A stretch of 21,523 nt of DNA from Deltaproteobacteria bacterium Ga0077539 (GCA_001465015.1 LNEO01000117.1:1-21523); one strand, 5' to 3'. Numbered from the stretch's first letter, positions 8,987 through 17,479 are shown. Notes: generated by a model from the sequence alone, not told the origin. Made by a program: numbers and translations.

Positions 8987-9472
8987 ATGGGATTCGATCC
9001 AAACGGCGGACAAGGTGGACAAGGTGGCGGATGGCCTGGCGGACCGCCGGGCGGGCAACCGCAAGGCGGAGCTTGGGGCGGACAGCCGCAGCAGCCCGGC
9101 GCGCCGTTTCAACCGCAGCAGCCGCAGGGCGGTTTCGGCGCACCGCAGCCCGGCTTCGGCGCACCGCAGCCCGGCTTCGGCGCACCGCAGCCCGGTTTCG
9201 GCGCGCCCCAGCCGGGCATGGCGCCCTACGGAGCTCAGCCGCCAATGGGCGCGATGGGCGGCGCCAAGCCGAAGCAGACGATGTTGCTGCTCGCGATTCT
9301 GCCGTTCCTCTTCGGATTCAGCGGCATTCACAGCTTCTACGCTGGCCACACCGTGAAGGGCATCCTTCAGTTCATCACCTTCGGCGGCTGTGGCATCTGG
9401 CAGCTGATCGACATCATCGGGATCTTCAACGGCAACTACCGCGACAGCAACGGTCAGCCGCTGAGCCCGTAA
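8987..9472 (+). CDS. TM2-domain membrane protein with N-terminal Gly/Pro/Gln-rich disordered region
   Basis: ATG 8987 lies 8 nt downstream of a GAGGAAGAAGG Shine-Dalgarno sequence. The C-terminal TM2 domain (two helices, LLAILPFLFGFSGIHSFYAGH...GGCGIWQLIDIIGIF) is recognised from memory. The N-terminus is MGFDPNGGQGG followed by the (GFGAPQP)4 repeat. Confidence 0.7.
   Translation: MGFDPNGGQGGQGGGWPGGPPGGQPQGGAWGGQPQQPGAPFQPQQPQGGFGAPQPGFGAPQPGFGAPQPGFGAPQPGMAPYGAQPPMGAMGGAKPKQTMLLLAILPFLFGFSGIHSFYAGHTVKGILQFITFGGCGIWQLIDIIGIFNGNYRDSNGQPLSP
9131..9214 (+). repeat. 4 x 21-nt in-frame tandem repeat (ggcttcggcgcaccgcagccc) encoding (GFGAPQP)4
   Basis: Read directly: three near-identical copies plus a degenerate fourth. 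It lies inside the disordered linker of the first TM2 gene. The minus-strand ORFs 8784..9245 and 8825..9772 are its antisense shadow (RAAVRRS repeats). Confidence 0.8.
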
Positions 9473-9494
9473 GCGCCACGCCGAGCCTCGCGAG

Positions 9495-10145
9495 ATGGGT
9501 TTCGATCCAAACAATGGACAGGGAGGCGGCTGGCCGCCAGGCAACCCGCCGCAAACGGGCTGGCCTCCCCCAACCAACTCTGCACAAGGCTCGGCGTCCG
9601 GCGCCTCCCCACCGGGCAGCTTCGGCGAGCAAGCGTCCAACGCTTCGCTCGTCCCGGTGGGGAGCCCCTTTGGGTTGCCGCCCTCGCCCACGTCGCCGAG
9701 CAGCGTGAGCGACAAAGACCAAGCGACGGTCTTCTTGCTGTCGCTGTCGGGCCTGCTCGGTATCGCCGGCATCGACCGGTTCTTCTTGGGTCAGCCGGGG
9801 CTCGGGATCCTCAAGTTGCTCACCGCAGGCGGCTGCGGATTCTGGTCGCTGGTCGACACCGTCACGATCGGGATGGGCAAGATGCGCGATGCCCAGGGCC
9901 GACCATTGCGCACCGAGCCGACCGTCGGCACACCAACTCGCAAGCAGTCCGTCGCGTTCTTGCTGTCGTGTCTCGGGTTCTTCGGGATCTCCGGGATCGA
10001 CCGCATCTATCTCGGCCACACTGGCCTCGGCATCGCCAAGCTGCTGACCGGCGGTCTGTGCGGACTCTGGACGCTCTACGACTTCGTGATGATCGGCACG
10101 GGCAAGGTTCGCGACGCCCAGGGCAACTCGCTCTTGCCCGAGTGA
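9495..10145 (+). CDS. tandem TM2-domain membrane protein (two TM2 repeats), paralog of the upstream gene
   Basis: The N-terminus MGFDPNNGQGGGWPPG mirrors the first TM2 gene (MGFDPNGGQGGQGGGWPGG). Two TM2 units are present: LLSLSGLLGIAGIDRFFLGQ...GGCGFWSLVDTVTIG and LLSCLGFFGISGIDRIYLGH...GGLCGLWTLYDFVMIG. Each unit ends in ...DAQG(R/N). Confidence 0.7.
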   Translation: MGFDPNNGQGGGWPPGNPPQTGWPPPTNSAQGSASGASPPGSFGEQASNASLVPVGSPFGLPPSPTSPSSVSDKDQATVFLLSLSGLLGIAGIDRFFLGQPGLGILKLLTAGGCGFWSLVDTVTIGMGKMRDAQGRPLRTEPTVGTPTRKQSVAFLLSCLGFFGISGIDRIYLGHTGLGIAKLLTGGLCGLWTLYDFVMIGTGKVRDAQGNSLLPE

Positions 10146-10260
10146 ACAGCGCGTGTCACGTCACACGGGCGCCGCTCATGACGTCCCTGGCCGAGAGTAG
10201 ACGTGGTCTCGCGCCGTCGGCGCGCGAAGCCGTCGCCGTCTGGCAGCGGAGCCGCTGTCG

Positions 10261-10770
10261 ATGAGCGCGCCCGACGAACACGGCGCGGTTCACCCGCGAC
10301 GATCGCCGAGGGTCATCGCGGCGGCGGTGCTCACCGCGGCGTCGCTCGTCGCCGCGTCGCTCTACGCAGGGGTCGCCACCAGCGGCGGGGCGACGTGTCC
10401 CTCGCGCTGGCTGTTTCATTCGCCGTGCGCGGGCTGCGGGATGACTCGAGCCTTCGCCGCGCTCGTTCACGGAGACATGGCGTACGCGCTGAGAGCGAAC
10501 GTCGCCTCCCCCGCGCTGTTCGCGCTCGCGCTCGGCGTGGGGCTGGTCTTCGTCGCGCAGCTCGCCACCAACCGCCCGATCTTTCGTGAGCTGTCGGCGA
10601 AGCGGTGGGTGCGCGCTGTGCTGTCGGCCGCGCTGATCGCGCTCGCTTTGATTGCATGGGTCAGCAATCAAATGCGCCACCGCGCCGGCGAGGGACCGCT
10701 GCACTTGCGCTCCTGGCACCAAGAGAGAAACCGCGCTCCTCTGGCGGACCTACCGGGCGGCGAATCGTAG
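10261..10770 (+). CDS. DUF2752-family membrane protein (CP...CxGCGxTRA motif)
   Basis: CPSRWLFHSPCAGCGMTRAFAALVHGDMAYAL matches the DUF2752 signature. Several TM helices are present. It is on the same strand and directly downstream of the TM2 pair. Its stop lies 2 nt from the convergent STPK2 stop. Confidence 0.55.
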   Translation: MSAPDEHGAVHPRRSPRVIAAAVLTAASLVAASLYAGVATSGGATCPSRWLFHSPCAGCGMTRAFAALVHGDMAYALRANVASPALFALALGVGLVFVAQLATNRPIFRELSAKRWVRAVLSAALIALALIAWVSNQMRHRAGEGPLHLRSWHQERNRAPLADLPGGES

Positions 10771-10772
10771 GG

Positions 10773-12665
10773 TCAATTGCGGATCGTCGGGCACTGGCAG
10801 AGCGATCGCCGGGTGAGCATCGCGCACTGCCCTGCGCGCAAGCGCGCGACGTCATCCGCGGCTGGACCGGGTCCGAGGCGAGCGATCTGACCGACCACGC
10901 TCTGCAGCTCGTCGCATCGGTCGCTCGTCCGCAAGAGCACTCGCGCGCGTTGGGTCGGATCGAGGAGGGCGATGCGCTCGCGCGCGAGCCGCCCCGAGCG
11001 ACGCCGCGCGTCGTTGCTGGGACCGAACACAGTGTCTTCCGCGAGGACTCGGGCTGCGGTCCGCGAACCCGCGAAGGAAGCCGCGTGCAAGAGGGTCTCT
11101 GCCGCGCTCGCAGCGGAGTCATCGGCGAGCGCCTTGGCGAGGGCGCGAACGAGCGGCTCGTCTTCGACGAGGCTCGAGTCGCGGGCGACCGCGTCGGCGA
11201 AGGTCGCGACCGCCTCGGTGTTGCGTCGGTCCGCGCTGAGCAAGAGCGCGAGGTGATAGGCGACGAGTCCATCGTCGTCGGCGTGCGGTCGTCGCGCTCG
11301 TCGCGTGCGGAGCATGGCAATCGCGGAGGCGGAGTCACCGTGGGCCGCGAGGCCCAGGGCGCGCGCCACCTCGCTGTCTTCGCGAACGGCGGTCAGCCGT
11401 CGAGCGATCGGCAGCGCTCGCGGCTCTTTCGGCGTCCGATGCGTGAGCGTGTGCACGACGTTGTACACGCCGGACAAGAACGCCCCGACCGATACCAGGA
11501 GCACCGGCAACAGCACGACGACCGGGACGAATCCGAGCCGTGGAATCCAGTAGACCGGCAACCCAGCGATCTTCGTCGGCGGGACGAACGTCCCTTGCGC
11601 GCTCGGCGATCCGCCGCGGTCTTGCACGGTCGGAGCCGCGTCGGACACCGTCGGCGGCGCGGTGAGCTCGCTGCTCGAGGCGAGGAGCGTATGGTGGTGC
11701 TCGACGGAGTCCGCCGGCTGCGTCGACGCGTAGGCAACGGCGAGCCGCTGCACGGAGTCGGCGAGCGCTTCATCGAGCGCCGCCATCGCGTCGGCGACCG
11801 AGGCATATCGCTCGATAGGGCTCTTGGCGAGCAAGCGCTCGAACACCGCGTCGAGCGCGGGAGGCAGGTCCGGAGCGAACTCGGTGGCGCGCGGGATGGG
11901 TCCGTTGACCTGCAGATCGAGCAGCTCGACGAGGTTCTTGTGATCGAAAGGCTTGCGTCCCGACAGCAGCTCGAACGCGAGGATGCCGAACGCGTACTGA
12001 TCGGCCGCAGCGTCGACGCGCCGACCGAGCGCTTGCTCGGGGGACATGTAGTGCGGGGTTCCGAAGACCATGCCGGTCTGGGTGAGCGGCTTCTCGTTGT
12101 CGGACGCGGTGGTCAGGCGCGCGATGCCGAAATCGATGATCTTGACGAGCTCGTCGGCGCCCTGCCGCTCGATCACGAGGATGTTCTCGGGCTTTAGGTC
12201 TCGGTGAACGATCCCGAGGCTGTGCGCGCGAGAGAGCGCGGAGGCGATCTGTCGAAGGAGCTTCAACGACCGAATGAGCGGCAGCCGCGGTACGGACGAG
12301 CTGACCTCCCTCAGCGATCGGCCGAGGATGTACTCCATCGCGAGAAAGAACGTGCCGTCTTGAAGCTGGCCGAAGTCCGTGGCCGCCACGACGTTCTCGT
12401 GTTCGAGCTGAGCCATCGCGCGCGCCTCGCGCTCGAACCTCGCGCGCACCTCCGGGTTGGCGTGCATGTCCGCGTGCAGCGTCTTGATCGCGACCTTCTT
12501 GTGCAGCGCGACGTGCTCGGCGACGTACACCGCGCCCATTCCGCCTTCGCCGATGCGCTCGATCACGCGAAATCGCCCGGCCACCAGCGTTCCGATCAAC
12601 GGGTCGGGCGGCGGCGCGAGCAGGGCGTTCGAAGGCCCGACAGTCTGTGCGTCGCGGTCGGTCAT
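10773..12665 (-). CDS. Ser/Thr protein kinase (Hanks type), single TM, C-terminal alpha-helical (TPR/HEAT-like) extracytoplasmic domain
   Basis: Motifs GEGGMGAVYVAEH, VAIKTL, HRDLKPENILV, DFGIARL and GTPHYMSPEQ. TM helix VPVVVLLPVLLVSVGAFLSGV. ATG at 12665, TGA at 10773-10775. Confidence 0.85.
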   Translation of the reverse strand: MTDRDAQTVGPSNALLAPPPDPLIGTLVAGRFRVIERIGEGGMGAVYVAEHVALHKKVAIKTLHADMHANPEVRARFEREARAMAQLEHENVVAATDFGQLQDGTFFLAMEYILGRSLREVSSSVPRLPLIRSLKLLRQIASALSRAHSLGIVHRDLKPENILVIERQGADELVKIIDFGIARLTTASDNEKPLTQTGMVFGTPHYMSPEQALGRRVDAAADQYAFGILAFELLSGRKPFDHKNLVELLDLQVNGPIPRATEFAPDLPPALDAVFERLLAKSPIERYASVADAMAALDEALADSVQRLAVAYASTQPADSVEHHHTLLASSSELTAPPTVSDAAPTVQDRGGSPSAQGTFVPPTKIAGLPVYWIPRLGFVPVVVLLPVLLVSVGAFLSGVYNVVHTLTHRTPKEPRALPIARRLTAVREDSEVARALGLAAHGDSASAIAMLRTRRARRPHADDDGLVAYHLALLLSADRRNTEAVATFADAVARDSSLVEDEPLVRALAKALADDSAASAAETLLHAASFAGSRTAARVLAEDTVFGPSNDARRRSGRLARERIALLDPTQRARVLLRTSDRCDELQSVVGQIARLGPGPAADDVARLRAGQCAMLTRRSLCQCPTIRN

Positions 12666-12721
12666 GCGAGGGGTTCGTGCGGGAGCCTGTGATTCAACGA
12701 CGTGGGAGGATGCGACGACAC

Positions 12722-13717
12722 TCAGCGAAACCAGCCCCAGCCGCGGCGGTGACCGCGACCACGGTGTCGACCGCGGTGTCGACCGTGATGGTGATCGTCG
12801 TCATCGTCGTCGTCTCCGCCGACCACGACGACTCCCGGGATGGCAGGCGCGATGACGATCGACGGCGCGACGATCTCAGCGTGGACGCCGACGACAGGCG
12901 TCGCGACGACCGCACCACGCGCTGGGCCGCGCGCCACGACGACCGCCGTGGGGATCGTCGGAACGACCACGACGTTCGACACGACGACTCCGCGATGATG
13001 ATGCCCGCGAATCTCGACATCGGGCACCATCACGACCACGTCTGGCGGGAGCGGCACGCCCGCGTGCGCGACCCACACTTCGCCTTCGAGCCGGGGCTGC
13101 ACAGGAACGACGCGACCTTCGACGCGGACGTTGACCGTGGGGACGGTCACCTCCGCGGGAGGAACGGCGCGACCCTCGCGGTCGTAGAAGTAGAACGCCA
13201 CGTCGCCGCCGCGCGCCGCGACGGTTTCGACTGCGTAATCGCCCACGAGCTGCACCCGGCCGCCGCGCTGTGCCGCGGGCAACGGAGCGGTTGCCGCCAC
13301 GGCGATCGGCGGCGCGACCACCTCGATCGCGGGCGCGGTCGCAGACGGCTGCACGCTCACCTCGACGGGGTAGGTCCCGACGGGAATTCCAGCGACGCGA
13401 CCGACGTAGCGATGCTCGGCTTCGTCGTAGGTCATCGCGACCGGAAGCGGATCTTCATCGGGACGACGGATCGAGACCGAGACCGAGTGCGCTTGCAACG
13501 GTTCGCCTCGAGGGTCGCGCACGTAGGCAACGATCCTTCCATCGGGCTGCGAGGTCACCTCCGCAGAGATCGCCGCTCCGGCAGCGACGGATCCTCCGTG
13601 CTCACCAGGCGCTGCGACGCGCGGCTCCGAGCTCACCGTGGGTGGTCGCGGCGAGTCGCCGCAGACGCGAAGCGCGGAGAAGGCGAGGAGCGAGAGAACT
13701 GTGATCTTCATGGTCAT
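12722..13717 (-). CDS. secreted Pro/Val-rich protein with C-terminal D7-HHH-(GRHR)3-GWGW tail (possible metal-binding); function unknown
   Basis: Signal peptide MTMKITVLSLLAFSALRVCG (ATG 13717, alternative 13711). Two internal beta-rich repeats (AYVRDPRGEPL..., AFYFYDREGRAVPP...). The tail is encoded by a 12-nt direct repeat at 12763-12786 and a GAC/GAT run. The upstream Arg-rich part of ORF 12722..14626 and the antisense ORF 12647..13915 were rejected. Confidence 0.5.
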   Translation of the reverse strand: MTMKITVLSLLAFSALRVCGDSPRPPTVSSEPRVAAPGEHGGSVAAGAAISAEVTSQPDGRIVAYVRDPRGEPLQAHSVSVSIRRPDEDPLPVAMTYDEAEHRYVGRVAGIPVGTYPVEVSVQPSATAPAIEVVAPPIAVAATAPLPAAQRGGRVQLVGDYAVETVAARGGDVAFYFYDREGRAVPPAEVTVPTVNVRVEGRVVPVQPRLEGEVWVAHAGVPLPPDVVVMVPDVEIRGHHHRGVVVSNVVVVPTIPTAVVVARGPARGAVVATPVVGVHAEIVAPSIVIAPAIPGVVVVGGDDDDDDDHHHGRHRGRHRGRGHRRGWGWFR

Positions 13718-13809
13718 CTCCGGGAAGGCCGATCGCTGAGGCTCGGCGCGAAACGCGACGATCACTCCCAGTGTAGGCCACTCGTCGCGCGGGCGCTGGA
13801 CTGCGAACG

Positions 13810-15357
13810 CTACTCGCCCGTACACCAGGCGGCGAGGGTGAGCGCAGGTGCGCTGGTTGGTCTTCCAAACTGCCAATCGAGCGGCAGAAACGCGCCGCCG
13901 CCGATGTCGAGGTGAACGTAGGCGAGGCCGCTGTTCTTCATTCCGCTGGCGACATCGAGAAACGCGAACGGTCCTTGATGACCGCGCGCGGTGTCGACGC
14001 TGGCCAGTCGGTTGCTGCTCACGAGGTCCTCGGCGTTCGAGCGCGCCGCGCAAAACGCGTAGTCTTCGCGGCGAACGCGGGTCCACTCCATGGGCTCGCC
14101 CCAGCGCTCTGCGCACGCCGCGAGGCTCGCGATGACGCCGCGGTCGCGGGCCACTTTGTTTTCGATCGCGCCGACGTAGGGCCCGAACGCGCGGATCACA
14201 TGGCCGGTGAGTGTAGCGACCGATGCGATCACCGATGTTCCAGCGTCCGACGCCGCGCGTTCGCGCAGGTCCGACAAGAGGTCCGCGAGCACGAGCCTGC
14301 CCTCGGCGTCGGTGTTTCCGATGCGAACTCGCACTCCTGCGTGGGACGCGATGACCTCGTCGCTCACGAAAGACTCTTCGCCGATCGAGTTGCGCACCAT
14401 CCCGAGCAGCGCGACCACGCGAACGCCCTGCAGCTTCGCCGCGGCGCACGCGCGGACAAACGCAGCGACGGCGCCGGCGCCACCCTTGTCGCGAGACATG
14501 CCGGCCATCGAGCCACCAGTTTTCAAGTCTGCGCCGCCGGTGTCGTACGTGAGCCCCTTGCCCGCGAGGTACAGCGTGCGGTCGTAGCGCCCTCCTTCGG
14601 GAACGTACTCGAGCTCGATCACGCACGGTCGATGACGCTCGACGACGTTCGACGCCCGCGCGACCGCGCTCAGCAGAGGCCAGCGGGCGGTGTCACGGTG
14701 GATCACGACGCGCACGTCGGTCTCGGCGAACGCGCGCTCGCAGAGAACCGCGGCGCGCAGGGGCGCCATGCGCTCGGGCTCTGTTCCGGTGATGTCGCGG
14801 CCGAGCCCGCGGCCTGCTTCGAGCCCGTGCAGGTATGCAGCGCGCGCCTCGCTGAGGCCAACGACCCCGATGGCCGTGGCGCCCTCGCCCGCCCGCCCGG
14901 CCTCGCGCGCTTCGAGCGCGTGCCACTGCGTCGCGAGCGCGGCGAGCGCGGCGACGTCGAGCGCCCGGCGGTACTTCGGGTCGTCGGGCGTCGCGACGGT
15001 GAGCAGGGGCTTCTTGGCGCCGGAGGCGACCGCCCTGTTGATCGCGCTCGTCACGGTCTCGGCGACGAGGCGAACGTCGTCGATGTCATCGGTGAGTGTG
15101 TTGCACGTCGCGAGAACGACGCGCTTTCCCGGAGCGTGATCCGAGGGAAACAACGACGGCCCTTGCGGGCCCCGCGCGAACGCACGATCCGCGTCGATGA
15201 CCGAGCGGACCAGCGCCGCGATCGGCTCGGGCAGCGCGAGGGCCTCGAGGTAGTTTGCGATGGGCGAGGCGCTCACGATCACGAGCGCGTCGAACGATGA
15301 GGCTTCGCTGGCGATCGCGTCCTTCGCGACGCCGAGCAGCAACGGCGGTACGTACAT
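13810..15357 (-). CDS. pepA: M17-family leucyl aminopeptidase
   Basis: M17 signature NTDAEGRL is present, plus GKGLTYDTGG and a metal-ligand region (DKGGAGAV). Length is about 515 aa. ATG at 15357; the ORF track begins at TTG 15369. Confidence 0.85.
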   Translation of the reverse strand: MYVPPLLLGVAKDAIASEASSFDALVIVSASPIANYLEALALPEPIAALVRSVIDADRAFARGPQGPSLFPSDHAPGKRVVLATCNTLTDDIDDVRLVAETVTSAINRAVASGAKKPLLTVATPDDPKYRRALDVAALAALATQWHALEAREAGRAGEGATAIGVVGLSEARAAYLHGLEAGRGLGRDITGTEPERMAPLRAAVLCERAFAETDVRVVIHRDTARWPLLSAVARASNVVERHRPCVIELEYVPEGGRYDRTLYLAGKGLTYDTGGADLKTGGSMAGMSRDKGGAGAVAAFVRACAAAKLQGVRVVALLGMVRNSIGEESFVSDEVIASHAGVRVRIGNTDAEGRLVLADLLSDLRERAASDAGTSVIASVATLTGHVIRAFGPYVGAIENKVARDRGVIASLAACAERWGEPMEWTRVRREDYAFCAARSNAEDLVSSNRLASVDTARGHQGPFAFLDVASGMKNSGLAYVHLDIGGGAFLPLDWQFGRPTSAPALTLAAWCTGE

Positions 15358-15407
15358 GGCGCGGGGCAAGGTATCAGCGCTCGACGCCGTTGACGACGCT
15401 GACGCGT

Positions 15408-17318
15408 CTACTCGAGCAGGTGCGCGACGCTGAGCAGCGCGATGACGACGCCCAGCAAGGACTCACCGGCGATGATCCCGGACGCGATGGGGATCGTGTA
15501 CGTCTCGGCCTTCTGGGCGCTGTAGCGCGAATAGCCGTACGCGAGCAGGGCGCCGAGGAACATGCTTACGGAGTTCCACGCGGGGATCACGAGCGCGAGG
15601 CCGACGCCCATCGCGCTGGGCAAGTACTTCTTGTACTTGGGCATCGAGAGCTCGAGCAGCGGGAGGATGATCCCGATGATCCCGCCGATCAGCATGCCCC
15701 ATCGCGCCGTCGGATGAAGCGAGTGCACACCGTGAGAGAGCGCCTCGGCGACACCCTTCCACACCTGTGCGGCGGGCGCGGGAAACTTGTCGCCGCCGAG
15801 CGTCCCTGGCGTCGGCACGAGGACGTAGAACAGCGGCACGATCACGAGCGTCCCGACGATCGTCCCCGAGAGCTGCGCGAGAAACTGCCGCCGCGGGTTG
15901 GCGCCGAGCAGATAGCCGCTCTTCAAATCCGTGAGCAAATCCGCAGCGCTCCCTGCGGCTCCCGCGGTGATGCTCGCCGTCAACAGGTTGGTCGTCACGT
16001 TGGCCGGCGCGAGCACGCCGTAGGTGAGCTGGGTGATCTTTCCCATCGCGCCGACCGGCGTGGTGTCGGTCTCGCCCGTCGCGCGGCAGGCGACGATCGA
16101 GAGCACGAACGAGAGCAACACCGCGAGCACCGACAGCCACGGAGCGATGCCGAACCCGAGCCAACCGACGATCACGAGACCGATGGTCGCGAAGAGCATT
16201 CCCGCCCCGAACCACGAGTTGGGAACCTCGATCGCCGCCATCGCGTCCTTCTCCTCGACCGGCTGTCCCTCGCGGTACGGCACGCCCTCGCCCGGCTTCT
16301 GCTTTCGCGCGCCGAGCCCGCTGAAGGCCCTGAGGATCGTCCGCCACTGAAACGCGAAGGTCAGCAGCCCCGAGGTGACCATCAACGCAGCGCCCGGCCA
16401 GAGCGACCACGAAACGATCCCGCGATACGAGATGCGCGCGATCCCGCCCATCGCGTGGATCTTCGGCGCGAGGACTCCGTAGTTGATCAGCGCGGCGACG
16501 AGCATCGACGCGGTCGTTCGCAGCCCCATCATCGCCCCTGCCGCGACCATGATGAGCGAGCCCTCGAAGCCGATCGTCCACGCGAGCGCGGGCTGCCCGG
16601 CGATCGTGAGCTTGGGAATCCCGAAGGTCGCCGGGATCTTCGAGAGCTTCGTGAGGATCGCGAGGACGCCCTTGCTCGCGTGCGCGTCGCGCAGCCACGC
16701 CACGATCGCGCCCAGGCCCATCGCGCCAAAGAGCGCGCGGGCCTTTCGCGCGGACTCTTCGCCGGCAGAGTAGAGCGATCGAAGCGTCTCGGCCGCGGCC
16801 GTTCCGCTCGGAAACTGCAGCTGCTCGACGTTGATCATCTGCCGCTTCATCGGGATGGCCATCACCGTCCCGAGCACCGCGAGCAAGAACGTCCAGATCA
16901 TCAAGAGCGGCCACGGCATGTGCGACCCCTTGACCAGGAGGTACGCGCACATCGCCGACACCATCGTCCCGCCCGTCGAGTAGCCCGCAGACGACGCGGT
17001 CGACGCCATCGCGTTGTTCTCGAGCAAAGACAGGTTGCTCTTGAACAGCCCGGCCGCCTGCAGCCCTCGCCCGAGCGCGAAGGACAAGATGCACGCGGTG
17101 ATCGCGACGCCCAATCCCCAGCCGGTCTTCAGCCCGACGTACAAGTTGGACGCGGCCATCACCGCGCCGAGCGCCGATCCCATCACGAACGAGCGCAGCG
17201 TAAACTGCGGCATCGAGTCGCCCTGATAGACGGTCTTGTACCAATGCAGCTCCGGATCGACTCCCGGCGGAGCCACGTTCTTGCCGACAACAGCGCTCTC
17301 TGCGCTCTCGATGTGCAT
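15408..17318 (-). CDS. OPT-family oligopeptide transporter
   Basis: About 636 aa with at least 14 predicted TM helices. The N-terminus (PELHWYKTVYQGDSMPQFTLRSFVMGSALGAVMAASNLYVGLKTG) is OPT-like (PF03169). Its stop lies 50 nt upstream of the aminopeptidase gene, so they probably form an operon. Start taken at MHIESAE (about 17318); the ORF track extends to 17420. Confidence 0.75.
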   Translation of the reverse strand: MHIESAESAVVGKNVAPPGVDPELHWYKTVYQGDSMPQFTLRSFVMGSALGAVMAASNLYVGLKTGWGLGVAITACILSFALGRGLQAAGLFKSNLSLLENNAMASTASSAGYSTGGTMVSAMCAYLLVKGSHMPWPLLMIWTFLLAVLGTVMAIPMKRQMINVEQLQFPSGTAAAETLRSLYSAGEESARKARALFGAMGLGAIVAWLRDAHASKGVLAILTKLSKIPATFGIPKLTIAGQPALAWTIGFEGSLIMVAAGAMMGLRTTASMLVAALINYGVLAPKIHAMGGIARISYRGIVSWSLWPGAALMVTSGLLTFAFQWRTILRAFSGLGARKQKPGEGVPYREGQPVEEKDAMAAIEVPNSWFGAGMLFATIGLVIVGWLGFGIAPWLSVLAVLLSFVLSIVACRATGETDTTPVGAMGKITQLTYGVLAPANVTTNLLTASITAGAAGSAADLLTDLKSGYLLGANPRRQFLAQLSGTIVGTLVIVPLFYVLVPTPGTLGGDKFPAPAAQVWKGVAEALSHGVHSLHPTARWGMLIGGIIGIILPLLELSMPKYKKYLPSAMGVGLALVIPAWNSVSMFLGALLAYGYSRYSAQKAETYTIPIASGIIAGESLLGVVIALLSVAHLLE

Positions 17319-17400
17319 GAGGAGCGCGAGCCTACCAGAGCAGACAATCGCCCATGCCAGCCCTCTTGCCCGCGCGATCGCCGAAAGCGCGGCGCATCTT

Positions 17401-17427
17401 GACTTAGCATCACAGTGCAACTAAGTC
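17401..17427. promoter_or_regulatory. inverted repeat GACTTAG-N13-CTAAGTC overlapping a TTGACT -35-like hexamer in the divergent OPT/MVP control region
   Basis: Read directly. It sits in the middle of the ~160-bp intergenic region between the two divergent start codons, so it is a candidate operator. Confidence 0.3.
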
Positions 17428-17435
17428 TGCGTCGC

Positions 17436-17467
17436 CGGTCGGATTAAGCTCCGACCGCCGAAGGAGG
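17436..17467 (+). promoter_or_regulatory. 5'-UTR hairpin (CGGTCGGA-ttaagc-TCCGACCG) immediately followed by AAGGAGG Shine-Dalgarno of the vault-protein gene
   Basis: An 8-bp perfect stem with a 6-nt loop at 17436-17457. AAGGAGG sits at 17461-17467, 12 nt upstream of ATG 17480. Confidence 0.4.
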
Positions 17468-17479
17468 CGCTGTCGAGCC

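Noticed and set aside
8784-9245. Minus-strand ORF with RAAVRRS x3 repeats
   Set aside because: It is the reverse-complement reading of the (GFGAPQP)4 tandem repeat in the first TM2 gene.
8987-9520. tRNA T-arm-like strings gggattcgatcca / gggtttcgatcca
   Set aside because: They are the first codons (MGFDPN) of the two TM2 genes. No acceptor/anticodon stem context exists, and the T-stem pairing is imperfect.
12647-13915. 422-aa plus-strand ORF with an internal GGGAGG-ATG
   Set aside because: It is antisense to the secreted His/Asp-tail protein. The product is Arg/Asp/His low-complexity, while the minus frame has a proper signal peptide and protein-like composition. The Shine-Dalgarno-like GGGAGG is a by-product of the minus-strand tail-coding repeat.
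15255-17402. 715-aa plus-strand ORF and 593-aa minus-strand alternative-frame ORF (15463..17244)
   Set aside because: Both overlap the OPT transporter gene. The OPT frame alone shows a coherent 14+-TM hydropathy pattern and family motifs. The others are Arg/Asp/Gly-rich.
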